Source: Coniocarpon cinnabarinum (lineage: Eukaryota). Taken from it: a stretch of 64,000 nt of DNA. The notes beneath the pieces were generated by a model. It did not search any database. It worked only from the letters and a program-made list of their open reading frames with translations, and had not been told where the DNA came from. The position numbers and the translations under genes are program-made. This document shows, in pieces, positions 24,322-37,186 of the stretch; the first letter of the stretch is position 1, and each line of letters begins with the position of its first letter. The stretch is taken from assembly GCA_051942205.1 (NCBI GenBank), contig JAVECO010000020.1, positions 62,001-126,000 of the forward strand, given 5' to 3'.

Positions 24322-25787
24322 TCATGCGGCTTGACCCTTGTTCTTTTGCAGTTTCAACTTCAGCATGATAGGTCCGTTGGGTTTCGTAGAATCAACTGGC
24401 GTCCCGGAACTCGTTGGGTCTTCCATGCGTCCATTGATGGCAGTGAAACCGTTGACTTTCGGTTCTTTTGATCGCGGAGCATCGTTGATAAACCTGAACT
24501 CCTTGGATGGCAGTGGCTTCAGCGGTCGCGGTGCCGACCCGTTTGGTGGCTGGGAGTGCTCGTGCGGCATGGGTTGTATCAGCCGCGGTGCCGGCGCTTG
24601 CTGATACGGCACTGGCTGAATTGGATATTGCGCCTGTGATTGCTCGTACGGCACATGCTGTACCGGGCGTGGCGGGGCATGCTCTGCGGGTGGCTGAAGG
24701 CTCGTGTGCATACTGAACACCATTGCTCGTGCATTATGACGTTCCGCCAGACGTTGGTAGCATGATGCCAGTGCGGATGCGGTCTGCTCATTGACCGTGC
24801 AATTGACCCGGATCAACCCATTCTCAACGAGCTCCTCATACTCTTTTGCTGCGTGAGCCAGCTCAGGATTCTGTCCGCTTGCTAGCCGCAGCTCGCCAGC
24901 AAGTGATTTGATGGCTGTTATGATTTCTCGGTCGAGAGTGTCTTCAACCACAGATTTCTTAGGGGATGACCGCGGCGAGTCAACATCCATAACACTGTCC
25001 TTGTCAAAAGACTCGTTAGTGACAGTAACAGCATCACCAGGTCCTGGCTCCACTACAGCGTCATGAAAACTCGACTCAGCGTCTGAAATGGTATCAATAG
25101 GAGCATTGTCAGAGACACGGGATCTTTTTGAGGCACGCCGCGAAGTCGCTGCATCAAGACGAGCGATGCTGTTGGCCATCTCCTTGCCTTTGGCAGTCTG
25201 TCGACGAGTGCGAGTGGGTCGACCCGGTGAGGCTTCCGCGACGGGTGTGCTCAAGACAGAAGGGCTGTTCACTGTGTTGTCATCGGCGTGCTTGCGTTTG
25301 GAATTGCTTCGAAGGGCGAAATCTCGAGACGCTGTGGATTCACGATGAGGTTGTATGTGCCGTGAAGTGCGCTCACTGGATGGCTCAGCAGCGCCTGTAG
25401 ACCAGGAGCCATTGCTGCGGCGTGGCCATCCGTGACGTGTCTTCATGTGTTCGTTCAGGCGCCAGTGCGGTTTGAATTTGCGTTTTGACCGGAATGCGGG
25501 GCAGCCTTCAATTGGGCAAAGGTCGATGTTAGGTGGCAGCACATACGGCTCTGTCTGACCTGGGCAAATAGGTGCGTCCAGAAACCAGCGTGTGTGCTTG
25601 CCTGTGTCAAGGATTAGTAGCTTGAAGAAAAGTAGCAACCAAAGCGGTGCGGACTTGATTTACCTCCGGGGTAGAATTCAAAGGCTCTGGGGTCAATGTC
25701 GTCGTCCGTATCACTATCTCCAAGCTGAGAGTCCGGACGACGCTCTGTGGTATCCATAGTGATAGGAGGAGCCATGGCCTTTCCCAT
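24322..25787 (-). CDS. Hypothetical protein with one atypical C2H2 zinc finger; 2 exons
   Basis: Intron 25602-25663 joins FEFYPG to GKHTRWF. Contains CPIEGC...LNEHMKTRH, a basic RTRRQTAKG motif and disordered S/P/Q-rich regions. Start codon uncertain (25787 or 25775). Confidence 0.65.
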
Positions 25788-26561
25788 ACGTGGCAACACA
25801 GTAAGCCGGTGTGAGTAGACGAGGGGGGAATTGCAGCGGAAATGGAAAGTCTCAACACTTCGGCAGATGTCTCAGCTTTTCACAAAAGGACACAGGTCCC
25901 GTGACATTTCTGTTCTCGCAGCAGAAGGCGTTGCAACGTGGTCCGAGCAGTGACAAACCTGTGCTTTACCACAACGGAACAGAAGGCAAAGCAGGCGTGG
26001 CCTACCGGTGGGACAAGAAAGTGAGGTGAAAGGGAGGAAGTCATCAGCGAGGAGGTAGAAGTCGCCGAGTGAAGGGTGCGAGGGTGGAGCGTGGGCCAGC
26101 GGCCCCAAAGCAGTTAGTGAGTATGAATCTGGGGACTGCAGATGGGGGAGGCCAGGGCTGCTGTGATTTTTCCCCTCGCCAGCGACTGCCTACCATCACG
26201 ATCCCCACCTCGCAGCGCAGTTGCGTTCATTGCGAAGCTCATCAGCATTTGGGCATTCATTCCCGAAGCCACAGATAGTTGTTGAGCGAGCCGCCAGCAA
26301 CAGCCACCCTCCTCTGTGTTGTACTCTGTCCAGTCATCACGTGATCTTTTCTTGAGCGCACGACAAACTATCATGGCATCCTGCTTGGGCCAAACCCCTG
26401 CAGGACCGAATCACGTTAATCTTTATACCTACATTTTGATAATATTCCTTGTAGAACCGTCCAAGCAAAAGCATTGCGTCTTTCGCAAGTCATACGACGG
26501 ACTCACCGATTGCGTAGATCGCACGAGTCTCCGATTCCTCAGCTGATGAAAACGAAATACA

Positions 26562-27560
26562 ATGCATCTGTTTCAGAGCTGTCTTGCGGTCTTGCTGCTC
26601 ATCAACGCCCCTTATGTACTGGCCAACTCATGGAGCTTTGAAGATGCAACAGTCCAATTGCAAAGCAAGTCGACAGACAGCGGAGTGAAACTCAACAAGG
26701 ATAAGTGAGCTATAGCCTTCTCTCCCTACGAAAGTTGTATCACGCTGACTCACGCTTGTTTTCAGGCTTGATCCCTCAAAAGCTTTGCCCACCCCGGTGA
26801 CGCTAGGTGCAACCGATTCATTTCGTGTGGCCCTCACCCCGATCGAGGACAAACGACCAAAGCGACCGCACCAAGCCTTTTTTGCTCTCACTGACCCGTC
26901 GAGCGGGCTCGAAGAAACGTTCCCAGTGGGCTTTAAGGACTCTGCTCAAGGCAGCTTGAACATTGTGCGTTGCAGCAACCAAATATGTGCACATGTCCTC
27001 ACAGCAAGGCTAATATGAATACGCATGCACAGGCACAGAAGGACATCTCCCCACAGCTCATTGGCTCCAACACACCTTTGCGTGCATCCTTCATTCTTGG
27101 CTCTTTTGGCTCATCGAAACCGTCGAAAACACGCGTCTTCGACTTGACCTTCACGCGAGACAGCTCAACTCCCCTAGATGTTCCACCCGCACCTCTGCGA
27201 TATGGAAAACTGCCTGAGATTCACCACATCTTCAAAGCTGATCCTAAAAGTCCGCCTGCTTTCATCACTGCAGTTTTTAGCTGCATTGTGTTTGTGACGC
27301 TACCGGTGCTTCTCGGTGTATGGATGGAGCTCGGAATGAATCTCTTCCACATTTCGGAGGCTTTCTCCACTGCGCCAGTCGCTCATGGTCTCTTCGTCGG
27401 CAGCATCTTCGCACTGGAGTTCATTTTCTTCCTCTATTATTTGAGATGGAATCTATTCCAGACTCTTCCACCGGTCGCGATTGTCAGTACGATAACCTTT
27501 TTGAGTGGCAGTCGCGCGCTGAGAGAAGTTCAAAGTCGACGAATGGCTGGCAAAAGATGA
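26562..27560 (+). CDS. SWP1: Oligosaccharyltransferase subunit ribophorin II (Swp1); 3 exons
   Basis: Signal peptide, SWSFEDATV, KRPHQAF, RYGKLPEIHHIFKADPKSPP, three C-terminal TM segments, GSRALREVQSRR; introns about 26705-26765 and 26965-27032. Confidence 0.9.
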
Positions 27561-27706
27561 TGGAGGAGTGGATGCTCAAAGCACAAGAAATGTATGATAG
27601 TCTGCGAAGCTCGTTTGAAAGTTGACGCTCGGCAAGATGCCTTGGTTTAAAAACTGCTACACCTGCCCTTCTGCCACCAACCAGCACATCTGTAAGTCTT
27701 TTGCCC

Positions 27707-28024
27707 TCATTGCGTATTGGTGCTGTCTTTTGGCGCATTCAATAAACTCTTGCGGTCTTTTCCCAATGCGAGTCTGTGGAAGAGCTCCCAGCTAGTCACG
27801 ATCGCAATCGGCGCAGCTACCATGGCGAACAGTATTCGTCGAGCTGTCGAGCTATAAGATAACTTGAACAGAGGCAAAGCGCGCTTCTTAGCAGATGTTA
27901 AGCTTGACACAGTTTCTGAAGCTGATTCATGAGTATTGCTACTTCTTGCCTGGTATGCAGCCGGTCTCGTTCTCCTGTTTGAAACATGAGGTGGCGTAGA
28001 GAGAAAGACACGATGCAGCACCAT
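27707..28024 (-). CDS. Small hypothetical membrane protein
   Basis: ATG ORF with a basic N-terminus and ARRILFAMVAAPIAIVTSWELFHRL TM segment; divergent from SPT5; an unrecognised intron is possible. Confidence 0.5.
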   Translation of the reverse strand: MVLHRVFLSTPPHVSNRRTRPAAYQARSSNTHESASETVSSLTSAKKRALPLFKLSYSSTARRILFAMVAAPIAIVTSWELFHRLALGKDRKSLLNAPKDSTNTQ

Positions 28025-28253
28025 GGTGGTTGCAGCACATATCAGGGCTGTGCAATTGACTTGTCGCTCGGTCAGCAATGGGTGAGGTAGGTGCTTCCGA
28101 GTGCTAGGGTGACCTCACAACTACCCTGCCCATATTCCCGGAACTCTTTGCCCGCATTGTTCTCTCATCTTCACTACACACATGACAAGTTTCCACACCC
28201 CAGTTGCTGCAGCAAATATCTCGACATCAAAAGTTTTGAAAGCCTTCGATACA

Positions 28254-31200
28254 ATGAGCAGCCAATTTCAGGATTTTGACGACGCAGAGTCTGATACTGG
28301 TGATTTCAACCCCTCCGCAGAAGGACTAGGCCGTGATGAACGCGAGGATGTGAAAGAAGACCGAGGCTCTCCCAGGAGCGAGACATCGGATGCGCCAATC
28401 AATCAAGGGAATGGAGCTCGGCAAAGAATCTCTGATCGGGATGACATGAAGCCTGGCAGACATCGACAAACGTCGCCTGGAAGTGAGAATGGGGACCTGG
28501 AGAGGTCCCCGGTCACTGGTGCGGTTGGTGACGATGCTGGGGAGGATGATGAAGGGCCAGGCGAAGACATCACGAACAATGCCGACGATGACGAGGAAGA
28601 TGAGGAGGACGAAGAGGACGAAGACGAAGACGCAGGTCCAACGCGCAAGCGCCGAAAACGGACGCGCAATCAATTCATTGATGTCGAAGCCGAAGTTGAC
28701 GATGAAGACGAGGAGCAAGAGGACGAAGATGAAGAAGAACGCGAAGAGTTTGTGGCGGATACTCACCCAGATGATGAGGGGCTGGACGCTGCTGCGGAGC
28801 GCGATGACCGCAGGCACAGGGAACTTGACATGCAGCGCCAACGGGATGTCGAGATTGATGCTGAGAAAGAGGCAGAGCGGTTTCGTAAAAAGTATGGACG
28901 CAATCAAGCTGCAGCTCTGAACAGTGCTGTTACCCCTCAGAGCTACCTAGTTCCAAGCGTTGACGACCCATCAATATGGAGTGTCAAGTGCAAGCTCGGA
29001 AAGGAGAAGGAGGTAGTGTATGCGCTCATGAAGCGTATCGTGGATCGCATGGGCACACGTGAACAGCTTGAAATATGTTCAGCATTCGAACGCAGCAACA
29101 TCATCCCAGGCCACTTCTATGTTGAAGCTTTCCGATCCTCAGCGGTCATGTCCGCAACCGACAATTTGGCAGGAGCATATCCAAAGGGAGGCTTAATGAT
29201 GGTCCCTATCGGAGAAATGCCCGACCTACTCAGAGTCCGCAAGACCGAGTCCGTCGAGATTGGTAAGTACATTCGTGTCAAGCGTGGCAAATACGCCGGC
29301 GACCTTGCTCAGGTCAACGATGTGATGGAAAACGGTCTGGAAGTCGAACTTAAACTTGTGCCACGCCTGGAATATGGTGCCGTGGAGGACTCTGATCCGC
29401 ACAAGCGGAAGAGGCCAGGAGGTTCTTCAAAGAATGCAATATCTGGGCGACCGCCACCACGGCTATTTAGCGCCACCGAGGCACAGAAAAGAATGGGCAA
29501 ATACCTGCAGCAGGGCAATTCATTTGCCACAGACTCGTTCAACTTCATGGGGGAGGTGTATGTCAATGGCTTCTTGATCAAGACGTTCAAAATTCAGCAT
29601 TTAGAGACCGAAAACGTTGACCCGCGACTGGAGGAGGTCAGTCCCTTTCAAGAAGCTGGCGAAGGCAGCGGTGTCTTTGATTTGCAAGCTTTGCAGACTG
29701 CACGGAAACAGCAGAAATCAACGTATTTGGTTGGAGACAAGGTCGAAGTGTGGCAGGGAGAACAACAAGGCGCAGCAGGCTCTGTGATTTCAACGCAAGG
29801 TGACATCGTTGCGCTTAGAATCTCCGAGGGTAGCCTCAAGGGCCAAACCATCGAAGCTCCCACAGCAATCCTACGTAAGTACTTCCAAGTCGGCAACCAC
29901 GTGTCGATCATCGGTGGCAACTATGCTGGCGCCACAGGCTTTGTCGAACGCATCAAGGATGAGAGAGTATCCATCGTCACAGACTCGACGCAAGAGGAGT
30001 TGACAGTTTTCAGCAAAGATCTTCGCGAGGCAGATGAGGCCGTGGGGATGGTTACGGCAGCGCAGTCGAAAGGTTACGATGTGCACGACCTTGTGCGCAT
30101 GGACAATGCTACGGTCGGCGTCGTGATCAAGACTGATCGAGATTCACTCCGGATCTTGGATCAATATGGCAACATCCAGAATAAGTCGAGATCCGGTATT
30201 CAGCAAAAGATCGACCGGAAAAAGTTTGATGTGTCTCTGGACCGAGATGGAGCGGAGGTTCGCCTTGACGACAGTGTCAAAGAGGTCGTTGGCGCACAGC
30301 GACAGGGCATAGTCATGCACATGAACCGCGGTTTTCTATTCATGCGAGATCGGTCTCGAGTCGAAAACGCGGGCATGTTCGTAGCCCGCAACAGCAACGT
30401 CGTCAGCATGGCTGCTCAAAGAAGCGCAACAAACGGCTCACAGAACGGGATAGCAAGACCAAACGGAAATACTCCCATGCCTCCACCACGGTCGTTCGGT
30501 CGCGATAGATACCTTGGCAAAACGTGTCGCATCCGGCGCGGTCCTTACAAAGCCCTTATTGGCTTGGTGAAGGACGCTACTGAGACTGACGTGCGACTCG
30601 AGCTGCAAGGAAAGCAAAAGATCATCAATATTCAGAAAGATCTTCTTGTGGTCGTCGATCCAGAGACAAACGAGACAATTCAAATGCCTCAATTTGGGGG
30701 ACCCCGGCCCGCACCGACATTCGCACATCGGCCCGCAATGGAAGGACCAGCACACAATGTTCCTTCGTGGGATGGGAACGGTGGACGCACGCCCGTAATG
30801 AACGGAGGCCGAACACCAGGGTGGGCTGGCGGAGATGGTGGTCGCACTCCGGCGTGGGCAGGCGCAGCAGCGGGCAACAAGACGCCAGCGTGGAGACAAG
30901 CAAGTCGGCCGACTGTGCCCTCCCGCAACGATGGCTCCAGAACTGCATACGGCGGCGGCGATGGCAGCCGGACTAGTTACGGTGGCGCGACGGCGTATGG
31001 AGGCGTGAGTCCCCCATTACTCATGGCTGTGGTCGCAACTGACATTGAGATAGGTCTCAGCGTGGAACCCCAACACCAGCACACCTTACCATGCGTCATC
31101 GTCATTCAGCGGGTCTCGAACACCGGCTGCTGGTGCCTACGGCAGTGCGGCAACGCCTGGAGGCTACTCAGCAGACACTCCAGGCGCCAACTTGGGCTAC

Positions 31201-31293
31201 GGTGCCAACTACGCGACACCAGGGCCAACACCGGGGGCGTATGCTCAGACTCCTGGTGCCAGTGGTATGGCCGATGACGGATATGAAGATTGA
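28254..31293 (+). CDS. SPT5: Transcription elongation factor Spt5; 2 exons
   Basis: Acidic N-terminus, FIDVEAEVD, NGN domain (PSVDDPSIWSVKC), several KOW motifs and CTR repeats (GGRTPGW, GGRTPAW, GNKTPAW). Intron about 31005-31053 leads to a final exon ending ADDGYED*. Confidence 0.96.
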
Positions 31294-32906
31294 AGTACGA
31301 GCGACGAAGACAGATAGCATTTTCTGGCGCTTGGCAGGAAGGGTCTTTGGCAATCAGCGCGAGGCAGCTCGGGAGTACATTTGATGACATTGTCGCATCC
31401 AATGAGGACTTGGAATTTATAAGCTTTCCATTAGGCGAGCGCAGGTGTACTTCGTACCTGCGATGAACTCTGCGCGCTTTGTGGCGCTAAGCCTCGGGCA
31501 TCGAGGAGTGAGGACATTTGCCTTTGGTGCGACACGTGTGTCGACCCTATACGTACATTCTTGCAGGACCACGAGAGATCGGATGATCTGGTGTCGGCCT
31601 GACGACGATGCAAGAGAAGGTTTTCTGCAATGACGGAGTACCTAACTTTATCGATTCCGCATTTGTTGGGCACGGCGGATGGGGGTGACACGTCCCGTCT
31701 TTTCTCTGTCCTTCCGCATCCGACCTTCTCCATGCCCAACGACGCTCCTTGTCTTCTCGCTCCGTGGCCGCATTGCGTCTAGTCCCGCCGGTTCCTGCAT
31801 CAGAAGCCTGTCTGCTGGCGAAGAATCTCTGACACACCTGATGCACGATCCTCCTCTTTCTCCAAATGCTTCGGTGTAGAGAGACAGCAGACAGGAGCAT
31901 TTCTGGAAGAGGCCGCCTGCATCGAACAGCCGGAATGACGATTAGATCTGCGCGAGATGCGCTGTGCTACTTGCTGACATGAGGTCGCATCCGGCGTTTG
32001 CCGCACGAAAACGTCGTGAAGTGTCTGCGGCGAATAGCAGCGAACACAAGCAACGTAGTCGCACGAAAGGATGTTTCTGCAGATGCATCCTGGACAATTT
32101 GTGGTCCCCGTCCTCGCTCCTGGCTACTCAATGGCGAGCACGCCGCAGCCGATCGAGAACGATGGTAAGGGCACGCGACTGAGAGAACAGGGATAGCAAG
32201 GTGAAACTTCGCAAAGCTGCGGCGTGCTGGGGAGCTGGCCGGTGCCAAAACCAGAACCGACAGCCGGAGAAAGCTGTCAAAACAAGGCTCTTTGTATCGA
32301 AGCCAGCAACAAGCTCAAGGCGGACCCCTGCGCTTTTCCATGCAGAACGAGCAAGCATTAGTGGCAGAGCGCGCCACTCGGCGAAATGCAGGACGTGCAT
32401 ACCCCACGCCAGGAACTGCATGAAATGAGTCCCCGCGAGGAGCGTCGCTGATGAGCACCACACGCGGGACTAGCGATCACCTGGTACGAGGCTTGCGAGC
32501 GCCGGGGCAACACGTTTCAACTGGCTGGAATGGTGTCCTTGCCGGTCTCGACGTCTGCACGGGGGCTGCACCGGTGCCGCGCCACACGAGAGGCGATGCC
32601 GCCAGGGCGCGCAGTGCGCAGCGTCGACGGGCAGTCGGCTCAGGTGATACGGCATGGGCGGGCGAGGAGGGCGTCAGGGCCACGCAGATGCTTTCTCGAG
32701 CAAGGTGTCGTGGTGTCAATCGACTTGGGTCCTACGAACGACACCTGCAGCGCCCCTAGCATGCAAAGGGTGACACCCCGTCCTGGAGCTTCGGTTCGAC
32801 GACTCGCTGCTCGGGCCGGGCTCGCGCCGTCGCCAGCGCTCTATGATCGCTCGCGCCGTGGTCAGGAGCAGGAGCAGGGCGCAGAGGACGAGGAGGAGCT
32901 GAAGGA

Positions 32907-32927
32907 GAAGAAGAAGAAGAAGAAGAA
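32907..32927 (+). repeat. (GAA)7 microsatellite in a purine-rich intergenic tract
   Basis: gaagaagaagaagaagaagaa read directly from the sequence. Confidence 0.85.
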
Positions 32928-33454
32928 GAGGGCGCGTCTGACGGCAGCTACTGGAAAGCTCCCTCGCCTGCCGGACGCTGTCGCGGAAACTCGCAGCGGA
33001 CGACGGTCATGTGACTGCGCTAATGGACCCCCCAACCAATCAGACGGCGCCTCCTCTGCCAGTCCTCCAGCCCTGGCAGCACCACTGCATCAATATCCAC
33101 TCTAGCGATCGCAGGTGCTCCAACTCTCCCCCATCCAGCGCTCTGCCCCTCCGCCAGTCGCAGATGCGCCCAGCTCCCTCGCTCGCCATGCACCCCTTCC
33201 TCCCATTGTCGCGGCCCTCTCGCCTTCATCTTCCGCCGCCCTCGCTCTGCCGGACCGCCACCGAACCTCCCCATGACTTGCGCCCGCGTTCATTGCTCCC
33301 CGTCTCTTAGGTCAGGTGCCGCGCCATGTGCGTGGGTTGGCTCCCCTTCTCTTCCTCCCGCGCTCCGTCGCTTGCTTGTCTCGATACGCATCGGCCATCA
33401 TCGGACCTGTACCGGGCAAAGCTAAGCGTCACCTAGCCGGCCTTCATCGACGGA

Positions 33455-35141
33455 ATGGCGGCGCAATCACATCGCGGTATTCACACTCTTTCCAACGAGC
33501 TCCTGCGCGAGGTCCTCAACCACATCGAAGCCGACCCGGACAAACTCGTGACGCTGGACCGGCGAGCCTATCTTTCTCAAGAGAGCTTCAAACCGCCCAC
33601 GTTTCCATCGCCAGACCAGGCTCACGATCTGGGCAATTTTAGACTCGCGTGTCGTCGCTTCTCTGACCTGGGCGCAGTTCATCAGTATGCTCGTGTGACA
33701 GTCAGGTTCTCTCGCCACGGACTCGCAAGACTAGACTGGCTCGCCGAAAGGCCGCATCTGGCACAGCATGTCAAGAAATTTAGCTACATGGTGCCTTATT
33801 TTTACGCCGTAGGTGAGTCGCGGGACAGAGAATTTCAAATTCCCTGAGCCGAGTGGGCAAATGGGCCAATTCTTCTCCGTGGCGACACTCTGCTCTGCGG
33901 GATGTCTATAAGTGTCGATCGCTAGTACTAAAGCAGTATTACATTCGCTGACGAAAGGCGGGCGTACAGGGCGTGATCTCCGCCACAATTTGCCGTCCGA
34001 GCTCGACTTTAGGCACTTCACAAACAAAGTCGCTGAACAGGATGCCATTAAAAAGAGCCAATACGACGTGAAGGTGCTTCAGAAGGCTTTTTTGGCATTT
34101 ATTCACTTGTGCCACATACAAATTCTGCGCTTGCAGGACTACGAGGATGGCATTCTACTACATTGGATCCGCTCGGCGAGGGGCCGTTTGCAAGTGATTG
34201 AGCCCAGATGGCACACGGCGTGTTTCCACAGCACGAAAACGATAGGCGCCGCACTGCTAAGTTCCAGTTCGCCTTGTTCCAGATTCTCTTCGCCGATGTT
34301 AAGTATACACAGCGCGAAAGATTTGGAACGACTGCGACCACGGGATTTGCCCCTTTTAGTGCAAAGGCTGACAAGTCTTGAACTGCATTTTGATGACAGC
34401 AATGAGCTCGACCAACGCATGCATGAACTTTCGAGTTTGTTCCGTCATGTTCTGTCGGCAGCGGAGAATATGCAAGCAATTCACATCGGGTTCCCCAGCC
34501 ACTATCCTCTGAGCTTACCCCTAGAAGACCTTTTTCATCATATTCGATGGAAAAATTTGATTGCTTTTGGCATACAGGCGTGGAAATTGAATGCAGACGA
34601 GATTATCTCCCTCGTGCGCAGACACCGAGACAAGCTAAGAGGCCTGCGACTGCGCGATGTATTACTGAAGAGAGGCAGCAGATGGAAGGATGTCTTGCAA
34701 GTGTTGAGAGCAGAGCTTTCGAGATTAGAATGGGTCAGTCTCCGTCGAATAGGATATGCAGATCGCTTTGATGAGCAAATGGCAGACATCGGCATTGAGA
34801 TCGAAGATATTCCAGGAGGTGACAGCGAGAGTGGCGACGAGGATGAGGTGCTCTCTTTAAGCGAGATGGATACCCAGAGCAGTCATACGGCTGACGGAGA
34901 TGACGATGACAACGAGATTGATGAGAATGATAACGAAGAAAACGGTCCCCACACGAACGAAATGTCCTTTCCTCATTTATTGGATCACCCCCGGCGTTGG
35001 TGTTACTGCAACGGTCAACAAGTCCCTTCGGCTGAAGACCTTGGCGACGACGGAATTTCGGTTACAAACCCGCAGAGGAAGCTTTGGGAACGATGGTGCA
35101 TTAGGCGTTGCTCTCATGATGTGGGCCGGTATCAGAACTGA
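33455..35141 (+). CDS. Fungal F-box-like/RNI-like hypothetical protein; 2 exons
   Basis: IHTLSNELLREVLNHI...LGNFRLACRRFS N-terminus, LRR-like LTSLELHF and LRGLRLRDVLL, acidic tail; phase-1 intron 33813 to about 33968. Confidence 0.75.
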
Positions 35142-35275
35142 CCCACGAGAGACGCCTGTGCGTTCTCTTACATGGATTTTACAGGCCGGCACCAAAATCG
35201 TGCTTCGTGGAAATCATGTGGACTATTGATGCAATGAAATACGATTTGTCTTCCTTCGCGGTGTCACGAAGCTGC

Positions 35276-35441
35276 GCGATTTTGATGAGTCTTCGGGGTC
35301 CCGCCGAGCCAATCCGTATACTCAGGGGCCAAAAAACCGACTTCACCGCAGAGGCCTTTTCTTCCTTTCAGAAAACCCTGGTATAGGGGCAATACAAGGC
35401 CCAAAAGCTGCAGGATGGCCACTAAAGTCCCCTGAGATTGC
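35276..35441 (+). ncRNA. Candidate structured ncRNA (box C/D-like)
   Basis: TTGATGA at 35282, CTGA at 35432, terminal stem gcgatt/gattgc, internal inverted repeats and a 10-nt complement to an LSU rRNA motif. Confidence 0.25.
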
Positions 35442-35971
35442 CTACATATTGGATGTACGTTCAGCTACAATTGTCCCCTGCACGTTCATTCCAGTTACTT
35501 TGCCTGCTTGTTGTCTCCGTTGCAACTGAAAATTTGTTCCGAAGTGATAAGTAGTCATGCATATGGAAGAAGGCCACGACAAACGGCACCTCTTACGATG
35601 CAACTCATAGTCCTCAGTCCCGATACGTCGGTGGTCCTCGCTTAATGTTGGGAATGTATATGGATTTGATGGCAATTTCCTTCGTCGCAGGCTGTCAACA
35701 AAAAAGTCCGAATAATGTTACATGTAGCTTGCGCGATATGAGAATATCATTGTTTTGGGCAAAGATTCCCACATCTTGGATGTTTGTCTCACCCACCTGT
35801 GCTGATGATGTGCATGGATAGGGTGACGTAATTCCTTGAGAGAAAAGCCTGCCAAGCCTCGCCTAGCATACAGCCCAGGTCAGCTCCATTGCTCTGAACA
35901 CCAACGCCCATCTTACTCTGTAGTAAGCAATGGCACACATGTGTGTAAATATCCTGACGAATCCCTGAGCG

Positions 35972-36730
35972 ATGGGCGCCGCTTCCTCTAAGGCTGCTCG
36001 CGCAGCTGGCGGCGCAGCCAAAAGACAATATCCGCAGCGGCCGTCACCTTCAACGCGCGAGACGAAGCAGCCGCCACAACCCGCGATTCGGCAGAGTGAC
36101 TTGCATCGCAGTGATGCTGAGCAGGCGAAAGCCCAAGCTCAAACTCGCGAAGGTCTGCGTGGAGCTCCTCCGGCTGATATTCGCAATCAAGGTGCGTTAC
36201 AAGTCCAATCACCATCGCCCAGCTCCTAATAGGTTATCAAAATTGCTCTCTACATCATGTGTGACAAGCATCCGTCGCGTCCGGCTATGTATGCTTCGAC
36301 ACCAGAATTGCCTCGCTAACACTTGCGCGAAGCTATTGACCTCGACGGTCGAGATCCTCAGCTAGCCAGTGCTCTCCGACAGATCGGACCCGTGCAACCC
36401 AACCCAACATACTCACCGTCCTCCTCGGCGTTCTCGACCGATCCGACTGCATCGCCGTCCGGCCAAGGCCCGCCGACTCCTCGCAATAATCCAGCATTGA
36501 ACATCATGGCTGCACGTAGGCGCATCGACGAGGAAGTCGAAGAAGATAATACTGGCATGGGCAAGAAGGGCTTCGCAGGACGACGGCACGTCGATATTCA
36601 GACCATTAAGAAGGCACTTGTGCTTCGAGATGAGCAGGGGGTTGCGCCAGCTGAGGTCGAGCGCATACTCGGTCTAAGAAAGGGAACAGTGAGCGCATTA
36701 GGAGGTGTTGGTGTTGTGGAAGCAGCGTGA
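35972..36730 (+). CDS. Conserved fungal hypothetical protein with C-terminal helix-turn-helix-like region; 2 exons
   Basis: MGAASSKAAR (possible N-myristoylation); intron 36192-36332 gives QAIDLDGRDP; IKKALVLRDEQGVAPAEVERILGLRKGTV. Confidence 0.75.
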
Positions 36731-37186
36731 TCCTCAACATTCCATTTACAGAACCCGGATGAATTTCATTTCACAGCGATGAAATGGGTGAGTCGTTACT
36801 GTCAAGATTAGTATTCATTGTTTGAACCGGTCCACGAAGATTAACAGACGCCTGCACTTGCAAATGGTGTCCGTCGAATATCAACGCCATATTAGACGCC
36901 CTCAGCAACTTCCGATCAAGCGTCAGTTGCAGTCTGGAACGTTCCTGTCGCGGCGCACGCAATGACTGTGTAACGCGAACTTCAACGCCATGCCTTTCCT
37001 TGGCACCGGCGTTAGCGCGTTTCACCTTATGCAAGCAAACGCATTAAACCCAATATTCTCCGGAGAATGTGTGTGCTCTTTCTGCCTACCTTCAGCAGAC
37101 AACAACGGCCCACACACTTGGGTAATCTTCAAGTACTCTTCACCTTCGTAAACTTTTGTGGATCTAGCAAGTCTTGACTTCTCATC

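Noticed and set aside
30770..31260. Short tandem peptide repeats in Spt5
   Set aside because: This is the well-known Spt5 C-terminal repeat region.
32530..33105. 191-aa ORF with a poly-Lys run
   Set aside because: The poly-Lys comes from the (GAA)n microsatellite in GC-rich intergenic DNA; no domain features.
35420..35436. AAAGTCCCC resembling the RNase MRP CR-I motif
   Set aside because: No downstream GGGGCT partner to form the P4 helix.
36233..36288. Cryptic internal exon within intron 36192-36332
   Set aside because: It is 56 nt with an in-frame stop, and its branch point overlaps the acceptor; the single intron gives a clean protein.
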